A stretch of DNA of 64,000 nucleotides from Vermamoeba vermiformis (lineage: Eukaryota): positions 124,001 to 188,000 of the forward strand of contig JBEWZL010000270.1 in assembly GCA_045837725.1 (NCBI GenBank), in the 5' to 3' direction. Shown here in pieces: positions 53,701-64,000 of the stretch. Numbering within the stretch: the first letter of the stretch is position 1; every line of letters starts with the position of its first letter. The notes under the pieces were generated by a model that worked only from the letters and a program-made list of their open reading frames with translations, did no database searches and had not been told where the DNA came from. The translations under genes were made by a program, and so were the position numbers.

Positions 53701-55214
53701 TATTGTTTCTTTTATAGCTACCTCGTACTTCGTTCCATGGTACAAATGTCTGAGAAAAATAATCACGTTAACCAAGCGCATTACAAACTCAAAGAAAAAA
53801 TTGCATAAATTTGACAATAATAATTTCAAAGCGGTTCAATTTCGATGAAATATCATCTGTGCTGAAAATAAGTATGCCAAAGTGTCATACCTGAATGCGT
53901 GACTAAAGCCAATCTTGACCCAGCCGTGCTTGTCTTTGGGCATGGAAGAACATTCTCTTCCTTCTTTAGCCTCCTCAAGCCAATCAACGACATCACTCGC
54001 CGCGTGTTCTTTGGCCCAATTATACGCCACTTCAAATGCGCCTTTTCGGTCATTTGGTTTGTTCATCAAGTGTGCTATAGCGAGCACGTAACATGCGCAG
54101 CAGTGAGTACAAATTGGGTGTGGATGACTCAGCGCACTTTCTTGTTGCGCGATCATTGCCAAGTCGTCAACCGACAACTGTGAAAAAATGAAGATATTTT
54201 TAGATACGCAGCAGAAAAAACGAGTAAATTATTATTGATAATAGAGCGTACCTTATGACCCCAAACAGCCAATGGCGTCATGCGCATCAAACTGCCGTTC
54301 GATTGTGATTTTGTGCAGGCACGACTGGCTCTCAGCGTCATTCCCGCTCCCAACCTTCGGACAAAATAAAGTTAATTCTCCGATCAATCGCAATTTTTGG
54401 CACTATATTGAACAGATACTAGATTTCAATTGGTTGCAAAAGATGCTCGGAGCGGATCCGAAAGAAAAAGTTCTCTTCCGTAGCTTGTCTTACCCTTTTT
54501 CTTCGATCACAACTTGCAATGCGGGGTCCTCAAAGCACGAAAAAGCAGCAATTGTAGTCTCGCCGCAATCAAATGGCTTTGAAGCCAGCCACCTGATGTA
54601 CGATTTGGCTATCTTGTCCGTGTCAAAATCTGTGCTCTCGGCCAACGCACTCGCCAGTGACTAAATATGGTAATTAATTAATTAATATTATTAATGGTAT
54701 TCATATATGATATTAACGTACTATTGTAAGCTCGCCGTCATCGGTAATTTGACCCGCAGATAATTTCCAATAGCCGCCGCCTTTCATCTGTGACAATAAT
54801 ATGATTAATTTTATTATGATTAGTTTTCGTTAAATATAAATATGTTATTAATACGCACTTCAAGGGCTCTTTCGACTTCATCTTTCTTTGGCTTGTGGCC
54901 TGCAAAAAAAAAATCGTTTCAGCGCCAAACTCAGAATGAACATCACTTAAAATACGTGGACCACGATCGCAAAATTAAAGTAAAAAGGGTAATCCATATT
55001 ACTTAGTAACAGACAGCTGATTTAATTAAATTAAATCGTCTTGCAGGAAATTTTAAAACGTTGAAAATGAAAATTATGGATCAATATTTAGCCAAAAATT
55101 ATAATACATTAATGGAGTATTTTTACCTAAAAATTCCAGGTAAGATCCGATCGAATCTCCAATTAGCGCGCCAAAAATTGCTCCAAGAGCCACATCATCT
55201 TTTTTGTCACTCAT
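50744..55214 (-). CDS. ADP-ribosylglycohydrolase - FHA - UBA-like - PARP-like ADP-ribosyltransferase fusion protein
   Basis: ARH motifs GALIGDSIG, GQITDD, SNGSLMR, SHP and GGDTDT; FHA IILGRG...IEDNRLSRQH; UBA-like IKIALTKAANNIEQALEYLL; ART motifs CFHGT, YYGAGIYFSE, SMSY, LLCQVLVG, DGSEI/VIFNMDQILPTYIV. Traced through canonical introns without finding a stop. Confidence 0.8.
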
Positions 55215-55782
55215 TGGCTCAACTCCTCGTGAAAATCACGAAAAGTATCGAGTTGTGGTTCTTCTTCGAAATTTAGATGCGAAATGGATCTTGCGCGTGC
55301 CACAAGCTCGATTATTTTTGACGCGCAGTATCCAGCTACACAACACACCTTATATTTCAGACTATAATAAGGCGCATGATAAATTTAGGGTTGATAGTCG
55401 ACTAAAGTCGTAAAGACCACGAGATCCTACACCGTTTTGCAAGTATGTAACTATAAGCCTTAAAAAAATCGGATTAATGCTGTCAATTTATTTATCGTTC
55501 ATATCGAGCTTATTGGAACGAAAACTCTTCGTGGAGACGAATTAAAATTAATTCTCAACGTTTTGTTTCGCAAGCTTAATAATAACATTTTAATGTGCTG
55601 CCTGTTAATTAATGCAGTAAATTTGGTAAATTATTTATCTAGCTGTCTCGTAAAAACATTTTTGCAATGTGAATCTTTACGGAGCACTCGTTACCGCGCG
55701 TAACAATGTAATTGCGATATCTTATAACTAACGATTTTTTCTATCGAATATTCTAGAAAATTGAATTAATAAGAAGCAACAA

Positions 55783-56728
55783 ATGGAAGGAGCTGGGCCG
55801 TTACCAATTATACGGATCATTGCCTTATTGACCTTTCCTATCTCTCGCTTGATCTGCTTTATACTACTGCGAGTGAAAACTAAAAATAAGAAGGCATTTT
55901 CTGCACGAGCACCAAAGTAAGTGGTTAATCATGCTTCTAGAAGGCTCATCTGGATCGAAGCTAATTTTTTTTTGCTTCATAAATTATCAAATAATTAAAT
56001 AATAATATTTAGGGATATAATTTTAATGGTGCTACGAATATTATTCGTTGCCGCTGCAATTACCGTCGCTATTCTTTCATTTGCAATTGCGGACCAGATG
56101 TTATGGACTCAAATCATTGTAGATCAGGTACTTTTGATGCTCTTAGGCATTAATGGCGAGTACTAATATTATTTCATGTTTTCAGACCAGTACTATTGTT
56201 ATGCTTTCAATTGGTTTTGCAATTATCGTGTTGGCTGATATTTTAATTCTCGTGTCCGGCTTCAAACTGGCAAAATCAGCTAAAAACAAAGAAATGACCG
56301 TAAGTACTAATATATTTTATACAATATTCTAATAAAACGCCAGTTTTAAGCCAAATTTCTGTATCGGATCTAACATTTTTTTGTAGTTGGTCACCAAGGG
56401 TCCATATCGCTTAATGCGCCATCCAATGCACGGTGCATTTTTTGTATTTATTGTTGGAGCATTCATCGTGCGATTGAATTGGTTTTTCGACCTGTTAATG
56501 CTCGTCAGCTGGGCGATCGGTTTGCTCGAATTGCCTAAAGAAGAAGAGTCGCTTGTTTCATGGTACGGCGAGGCATATATTCAATATAAAAAGAAAACTG
56601 GAGCACTTTTGCCGTGCCCTGTCCTCGATTGCGGAGTTTCAAAGGAAAATGCAGAGTGGATCGCAGAAAATCGTGTTGATACTCAAGTTGGATTACTTCC
56701 CTCGATGACAGAGCTTGAGGATGATTAA
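55783..56728 (+). CDS. Isoprenylcysteine carboxyl methyltransferase / PEMT-family membrane protein
   Basis: Hydrophobic N-terminal exons; LVTKGPYRLMRHPMH; EEESLVSWYGEAYIQYKKKT. Confidence 0.85.
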
Positions 56729-57627
56729 TATAATTGTATATTATAGCGTATTGGTACGAAAGTCGTTTATTTCAGCCAGAGATGGATCTCGTAGGTTAGA
56801 AAATCGACCGCATAAAAACCATTTTATCCGCAGCACCTTTATCAGTGTCTCTTGACTAAATAACGAGCAAGCACACAACGTTAGCATCGGCTTCAAAAGC
56901 CAAAGATCAACTAACTTTCAAATTCCATTTGATCCGAAAAATATTTCTGAACTCGATCTGCCTTACGCGCCACGTTGTTAGCTAGAAATTCGATAAATCT
57001 GGATACTATTCAATGTAAATATGCTAATATAGGTGCATAATAGGATGCTGCTAAGGCATAAGCTCGTCGCACGTGGATATCTCACTTTGAACGTTTGCAG
57101 TTGAAGAACAACAACGGACGATCACGGTTACCTCATTGGTAGCGATGTAAGTATAATATCATTACGCTCTAATAAAGAACGGATTCTAATTTGTGGCTCT
57201 TTCAGATTACTTTCGCCATTTCTGGAAGTTTGAATCAATGTTTTCTAAGAAAGCTTGAAGGTATTATGTTTCAGGATGCTACTGAACGGTGTTGTAACAT
57301 ATTTGCTTTATTCATCTTCGCTATTGGATTGCGTCTACTAATGTAGAAATAAGCTTTGACGTCATTTTATTAATCGACCTCACTCGTCCTACGCTTGGCT
57401 GATTGAATACTCGTATATTGACTCACGACTTCCTTTTCCAAGTATGTAAAACCTCCTTCATTGGCTATATCAATACTGCGATTTACTGCACGCTTCTTCT
57501 TAGAATTCACGTGCTCCGTTTAGCGATCCAAAAGTAGCAAGTGCACTTGCTATTTTGTACTAAAGGTTTTTTCGTTTCATTTTAATTTTTTTGTGTATTA
57601 GTAACTACCACGTCACTACAATTAATT

Positions 57628-57807
57628 ATGGAAGGAGACGACTCCCTATCATTTGTCCCCTCTGACTTTACTTGGCCTCGCCGTCGCCCTAATCCTTGCT
57701 TCCCTGGACCTGACGACTTTCCTCGACCATGGCCAATGCCCACCGAACCTACTTGGCCTACCTTCCCCAGAAACCCAATTGAGCCTCAGTTCCCAGAGGA
57801 CAATTAG
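57628..57807 (+). CDS. Small 59-aa proline-rich ORF (below the ORF-track cutoff)
   Basis: ATG..TAG encodes MEGDDSLSFVPSDFTWPRRRPNPCFPGPDDFPRPWPMPTEPTWPTFPRNPIEPQFPEDN. It is a GC-rich block in AT-rich flanks, with AATAAA about 60 nt downstream. Confidence 0.5.
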   Translation: MEGDDSLSFVPSDFTWPRRRPNPCFPGPDDFPRPWPMPTEPTWPTFPRNPIEPQFPEDN

Positions 57808-58361
57808 AGCGGTCGCAGTTTAATCCTTCGGTTTAATTCAATTCCAATTGTACCATCGTACTCACAAATAAACTAATAGCAACTGTTATTGGGAAATATT
57901 ACTGCACTTAAACTATTTGGCTTAGCAGCGCGTTTGAATTCAAAAACATTTTTGTAAGAAATTTCCTACAGCTCGATCGACGACAAAAATTGCAATACAT
58001 TCGGTGCAAAAAGCACAAATGTGGTGGAATTGGCGAGCTTTTTATTTTGACAGTATGGTTGACTGGTTCCTGTCAATGGCCAAACCAAATGAGGGATCGG
58101 ATCACCGCTTTGATCCAGATTTCGGAAGTATAATTGTAAAAGCAATATTAAGTAGATAAAAATCCTTCCCTTGTGTAATTTACAAATAGCGGTCTTCTTT
58201 TGAACCATGCTAAATCAATTTGAGGTACTCCGATGTACCGAAAATAAGTTAAGTTCCTTCCGTAGTCCGAAGGGCTTTATTTTATTCAAGTAGAACACCA
58301 AGGTGAAAATTTCGTTATTAGAAATCCTCTTGTTGCGGATATAAGCAATTACAAACAGCAT

Positions 58362-58574
58362 TTAATCGTCCTCGTCATTAACATTGGTAGCGGTTTGAGT
58401 TCCACCAACTGCGCCAGGGGTTTCAGATCCAACAGGCGTACCATCAGCGTAATACGCTCCTGAGCCAAAGAAGTCGCTGTCTAATCCATCGTCTGGTGAA
58501 GCACCGCTTACAGCTCTATTTAAGGCTGTAGTACTTTTCGGGCCAGGTTGCCCCCCTTTTAACAGGTTACCCAT
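58362..58574 (-). CDS. Small 70-aa Gly-rich protein with a possible N-myristoylation site
   Basis: MGNLLKGG...NDEDD*. GC-richer than its flanks, with an AATAAA downstream on the minus strand. Confidence 0.55.
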   Translation of the reverse strand: MGNLLKGGQPGPKSTTALNRAVSGASPDDGLDSDFFGSGAYYADGTPVGSETPGAVGGTQTATNVNDEDD

Positions 58575-58691
58575 GCTGGACGTGTTATCGTATCAAGAAA
58601 TATTTAGATTTATTGCGGGACTTATTTTGCATTATTTTTTCATTTGTGCCAAATCGGGGTTCGGTTTCGAATAAAATTTTATCAACTTTAG

Positions 58692-59245
58692 TACTGTAAA
58701 CTGCCAAATAACTGGCAAAAAATCGGCAGCCAGCGATCAGCGCGCGAACAAACAAAAAATTCAATTTAGCAATTTCAAATAATTATTATTTATATATACA
58801 TATATATTCAAATAGTTTTGATGCTAGCCGACAAATTAAAGCAAAATTTGTTACCAAATCCGCATCGGGGATCCGTGTTTTCTCATTTGTACACACAATG
58901 GTTGCGGTGCTTTTGCTACATATAAATATATATAAAGATATATCCCACTTTAATTGCAAAATTGAGCAAAAGTTGCACAAAAATTGCAAGATGCATCCGT
59001 TCGTCATTGCAAGTTTTAGCACAGTCTCGCACAAATTTACACGCGATATTCACGATTCTCTGTACTAAATAGATACATACATCAAATCGTGTGGTCTTCA
59101 TGCAAAACGATGCAGCTTCTGTGCAGAAAAATGCAGAATAAGCACACTTGCCGTTCTTGCTCCGCAAAATAATTTTTTGTCGCCAGCTGGAATCGAACCC
59201 TGGCGCAACCTGCACTTTGTGCCACTTATTCAGCAGTTTACAGTA
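58692..59245. mobile_element. Non-autonomous TIR element (MITE) of Tc1/mariner-pogo type with TA flanks
   Basis: Left end TA|CTGTAAACTGCCAAATAACTGGCAAAAA; right end (reverse complement) TA|CTGTAAACTGCTGAATAAGTGGCACAAA; 24/28 identical. About 550 bp, with no transposase. Confidence 0.7.
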
Positions 59246-60124
59246 TCGGATCCAAAACGAATTCCGCTTGATTTTGATTTGTATAATACGACCAAGAGCA
59301 TATTACTCGTAAATTAGTTATCAAGAAAACTGGTAAGCGTTTTCCAGCCGGAACGAAGATGAAGCGCAAATTATTCATTACGGCAGTTTAATGACGTAAG
59401 TAATATTAAATTATATTAAGAAATGATTTACTTCCTCAATCTATCTAAATCAAACGTTGTGGCGGTAGTAATAATTTTTGGTGTTACTAATTTAATTCAC
59501 GCAAAATTCGATGTATGGCTCGATCGAGCAAATAAAACTCTGACACAATCGGCCCATATTAAATTGTAATATTTGGATTAATTATCAATCCTCGTTGCGT
59601 GTATCGTAATTAAGAATAGAATAATATTTGAAATTATTAACGAAATAACGATTTTGTGATCTTGATAGGAAATTGCTCGTGCCTATTCTACACGCGGGTG
59701 GAGCTGAGCGATGGGACACATTAAGAGGAATGCAAATTAAGCTCGCAGATTTAATCCTAAGCAGCCTATTCTTCCAGGCTTTCAGCGAAGAACGCTTATT
59801 AGCAAATCATTTATTGAAGGACCTGAAGAACCTTTTCAGGCACAGCTAGAGAAGGTGCGCCACTTATCCGTTCAGTCGCCTCCTTGCAATTTATGTTTGG
59901 ATGTGAGGTACGCGATTGAAAATACTCCACTAGCCTCTTCAAACAATCTAATTTAGTGGGCATAGGACGATAAACCAGTTAACCAGTACTTTATCCCTAT
60001 GGCTTGCGTTTTTGGATCGTTATCCTGTGTTGTTGGGCTACAGCGATTTCGCGTTACTGGAACATAAATTTGATTTGAAGATTTTATTTACATTATGTAC
60101 AAAGTAATGGTTGCTCATATACGA

Positions 60125-61364
60125 TTAGGATTGAATATACCACGTAGGGTCATTAACATTAGGGTCGTACCTCGGGTCGTAAGTGCTGTTAGAATTCAAC
60201 GAGGTCAACTGATCGCTGATCGTTCCTGCAGCGCTTCGGAATACAGGCACGAGCGAGAACTTGGTAAAATTTGACGGTAAGCTACCACCACTAGTCATTG
60301 GCTTGCCAGCCGCATCCGTGCCGATAAAACCAAGGTAGATCTGTTCGTCTAAAAGTTAGACCCAAAATGTATTTAATCAACGTGGAGCGTAAGTATTATC
60401 GAATTAAAATAAAAGTATTATTAAGGTCGAAAATGTATGTTTGAATTACCAGGAAATATAGAATTATTTGTAGCGGATCTGATTTCGTACCTTAATATTG
60501 CAAGCCTGCCAAACGCTGGTATTGGTAACGCACGAGTCGCATACCAAGCACTCTAAGAGAGTAATACCACATGAATTATCGATGCATTGGTCTGGATCTG
60601 TCTCGTTTGAAGACTTCATGCAATCACTGCATCCGTCGTCCCAGGACATCGCTGTAGGAACCTATACGTCACAGGTCAGTATTGGGTACTATAACTTAAT
60701 CATAAAGAGGTAATATTGATGCTTTTTATAACAATATGGGAATCGTTATTCGATCTGTAAGGTTACAGGCGAAAATTTTGTAGCGGATCTCCTGGTAAAA
60801 TAAAAAATATTTTGTTACTTACGCCCTTAGTCAGTTGTACTACAACAGAATACGAGGCCAAAATATATTCTCCTTTCGCGTAACGCTTCGGCACGGTCGT
60901 CAAGTTGAGAGTTTTTCCGCCGAACTCAGCCCAGACGTATGTAGTGTCGGAGGAGGTCCGATAAATATATTTTTGTGCGACACTAGTACTGCTAGAGCTA
61001 TTACTCGAACTGTCTGAAGCGTTCACTCGGATCAAGTTCGAAAAATTAAGAAAACCTAAAAAAATACTGTGTGAGCAATCCGTAATATTAATATGACTAA
61101 AAAAATAAAATAGTGCTTATTAGATGGTTACTCACTGTTCTGGATCTCGAGTCTGCTGAACGAATCTATGTGAGGGAAAAAGATCGCTTTTTTGGCGTTC
61201 TCCAACTTAGTAGTATCGGCGATATATACATATAACACCGATTGATCCCCTTTATAGTATCCATCCGTCTTTTCAGTTAAAGTAAGCTCGTTGGCGTAAA
61301 GCGTTGAACATCCGCATCCGCAGACAAAAATTAATAGGAAGGCTCCTAAAATTTGCTTTGCCAT
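60125..61364 (-). CDS. Secreted hypothetical protein with a Cys-rich segment
   Basis: Signal peptide MAKQILGAFLLIFVCGCGCS; four exons with canonical introns; CSDC...QCIDNSCGITLLECLVC; ends DPTWYIQS*. Confidence 0.7.
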
Positions 61365-61784
61365 GGTTCTTCGTTTTTAAATAATGAATAATAAACATAA
61401 AGCTCGTATTATATACGTGGTATGTCCTGTCGTCATACAAACACGGCAAATTTCCAAAATAGGCAATTTCATTTGAAAATTAAACTCGTTTTCTTTCAAA
61501 ATTGCGTAATAAATACCCGAGCATGTATTTCAATTAAATGAATATAAATTAACCGCAAGCGGTTATACCTTACTTTATCTGGTTCTTTTCGGATCGCGAT
61601 TTTTTTCGTGGTTGGCTGTTTCCTACGGTCCAGATTAAAAGAAAAAATCCGTTAATATTATAATATAATTACTCTGCAGATATAGTTACCGAGCCATAGC
61701 TGAAACGGAGCTGTCACATCCGGAGTTCAATTTGGCCGTCCGTGTAAACCATCACGTCTATTTGCTAGTCATACAAAAATGGTT

Positions 61785-64000
61785 CTACAAGCTATCAATA
61801 TCGAACATATCCTTCATCGATGTCCATTTCTTGACTCGTTCATTGAGTGATTTGATTTTGGTGTCGAACTTGTCGTTCTTGATTGCACTCAAAAACATCT
61901 TCGAGTCGAACAAGACTGAGTTGTACACGCACAAATGTTTCAGTTCTTCGTTAATAGAGCACGCTGATAATAGCACAATGAATTTTTCAACCTCCGCAAT
62001 TTGTTCTTGCGTCTTTTTTCTTCGGCTCTTGTTCCACTTGAAAAGAGCTTCGTTTAAATCTGTGCCAAAGAGTAACATACGATTATTACCAAATAAGGAA
62101 ACGCAAAATACGTTTTGGACGTACCTGTCAAGTCCACTTTTATCGATAGGCGCCAAGATCCGCCTAAATGTTCCACGAAGTCTACGCCAAAATGATATCC
62201 AAGTGCGGCTATTGCACACAAGTATTCAGGCTCAGCGTCATATTTATCGAGAATTTTACGGACAGCCGAGTGTGTCACAGCTTGAAAAGTCTTGCGCGGA
62301 CTGTACTTCAAAAACCGCTTGATAAGATTGTAGACCTAGTTAAGTTCGCATAAGTCATATTTAGAGCTTGCGTAATATCAATAGTGATATTAACTTACCA
62401 TTTGCAAGTTTTTCATTTTAGCGAATTCCGTCGTTGAAAAATTAAAGGCAAAGTCCAACGAGTGTTCCATTAGATTCGTGAGCGTTTCTTTAGAGCACTC
62501 GATAAAACCAACAACCTATTTATAATATAATATTAATATCAATGATGTGGAAATAATGATTTGTACGTACCAGTGAATGAAATTTGTACAACATTGCGTG
62601 AAATTTTTCATTCTTAAGGCGAAAAACCTGCTGTTCCGACGCTCGCAAACAAATAATGCTTATTACTTCAATGTAACGTTCTTTGTCTTCTTCAGACAAC
62701 AACGGCGCTAACTTCTCGTACAAGTCAGCGACTGCTTGGTACAACGACAGGTCGATACATTTGCAGCGAAGGAAGCCAAACAACACACGTAACGCTTGTT
62801 GCGTGTGCCTGATGGAAAAATTTTCGTTGTCTTGGTTGAAGATCTCAATCAATCTCTTTGCAGCCTGCAAATTTGTCTCTTCATGCGCAAGCTATAATAA
62901 AAAAATAACGAATAAATAACAATTATTTAACGGATCTTATTCTTAATTCGGTAATGTCAAATTATTATTATTAATGTTACCTGCATCAATTCTTCATAAC
63001 TATATTCCCATTCGGTATCGCTCGTGGGATTGAATTGCACAATGTCCGGATGATACTGCGTATATTTTACAGCCGTCTTCTTCATGCCTCGATATCCCGA
63101 TCCTATATTCTTTTCAGGATCGTACTCGACTTTTCTTGGCTCTGGATTTTTGAACGTGAAAATTTCGTCCGTTTGATTTTTGGTCGGTTTTTCAAGCTTA
63201 TTGTACGCTGCAACTGCGTTTTTGTATTCTTCTAAAGTCAGCGGAATGTATTTAGGCCAGCGGGAAGTATACCATGCGTAAGTCATGTCGTATTGTTGTT
63301 GCTCCATAATTTCGCTCTGGCCGAACGAATGAATGTCGGCTGGAATGACTTTCAACAAATCATCGATCATTTGTTCAAGCTTTTTCGGGTCTTTTTTCAT
63401 CACTTTGTAGCACGCCTCGCCAAACAGTGCTTGGAACTCAGGCATGTCTACGTCAAACCCAATCGATTTGTCCATCACTTTCTCGACCAGTCGTTCAATT
63501 GTAGGCTCAAATTCTTCACCGATAGCATATTTACCTATCAATACGGATTAATAATTACATATTACATTTAGGATAAAATTCTTACCGAGAAGGGCGTACT
63601 GGTACAAAATTTGAGGCTTCGTTATCAACGGAATTTTCTTCTCGTTAGTGTATGGTCTGTAACGCTTAACTTTTGACGCAGCAAGTTTCACAATAGCGTC
63701 TTCGTAGAGTGGCAGATACTAAGCGCATATTAGATAAGGTATTAAAAATAACTAATAGACTTCGCTTACTTTCTTCATTCGAGTGCCAAATGTTGCTCCG
63801 AGCTGGCCAAATTCTTCCCATAATTTCCAACCACGAGGTTGATGAGTATATTTGTTGAAAATTTTACGGTGTTGTGATAATAGATCCAAAATATTCTTGT
63901 TCACTTGATCAAATCGTTCGTCATCGATAAACTCGGCAACGTTGACCCCTTTCAATAGCTCAACAATAGCTTCGATAAAATATAATCTACGAACGTACGT
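61785..64000 (-). CDS. 3' part of a large, mostly helical hypothetical protein (5' end lies beyond the window)
   Basis: Chain of exons 63955-63770, 63715-63590, 63530-62985, 62890-62575, 62515-62400, 62335-62125 and 62060-61785 (approximate), joined by GT-AG introns. No family recognised. Confidence 0.7.

Noticed and set aside
59175-59235. tRNA gene suggested by GGTTCGATTCC on the minus strand
   Set aside because: Only about 13 nt separate the A-box-like and B-box sequences, and no anticodon arm or acceptor stem can be formed. Treated as part of the MITE.
59330-60070. Possible small + strand gene fragments next to the MITE (e.g. FNPKQPILPGFQRR..., DDKPVNQYFIPM...GT*)
   Set aside because: I could not build a consistent start-to-stop spliced model or recognise a family.
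61732-62322. 196-aa + strand ORF and similar antisense ORFs in the track (e.g. 14012-14416, 53186-53608, 54272-54664)
   Set aside because: Shadows of real genes on the opposite strand, with no motifs of their own.
1-64000. Alternative genetic code or stop-codon readthrough to explain the short ORFs
   Set aside because: ORF breaks coincide with canonical GT-AG introns, and exons of conserved genes translate cleanly in the standard code.

Overview
Gene-dense, AT-rich eukaryotic DNA with the standard genetic code and many short GT-AG introns carrying CTAAY-like branch points. It most likely comes from a free-living protist such as an amoebozoan (inference only). I can support about 27 protein-coding genes, most of them multi-exon, so CDS coordinates below are gene spans from start codon to stop codon with introns included. 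Housekeeping genes: SCYL2-like kinase, TCAIM-like, Cdc24-OB-like, AP-3 sigma, Rab GDI, CLYBL, Nudix and ICMT-family. Local duplications: three tandem Zn2Cys6 factors, two tandem C1q-like genes with a bacterial-style repeat, and an inverted pair of membrane-protein genes. The main candidate novel system is one spliced gene joining an intact ADP-ribosylglycohydrolase (eraser), an FHA domain, a UBA-like domain and an H-Y-E PARP-like catalytic domain (writer), tail-to-tail with a Nudix hydrolase. Other highlights: a Crinkler/RHS-type SAM-NTPase-REase gene forming a sharp CpG-depleted island; a Rab GDI gene missing about 80 conserved residues at a microhomology junction; a TA-flanked MITE carrying a B-box hairpin; and two recurrent intronic DNA motifs (TGACACGTGTCA and AGATCCG). 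All family calls come from motif recognition by eye; no database searches were run.
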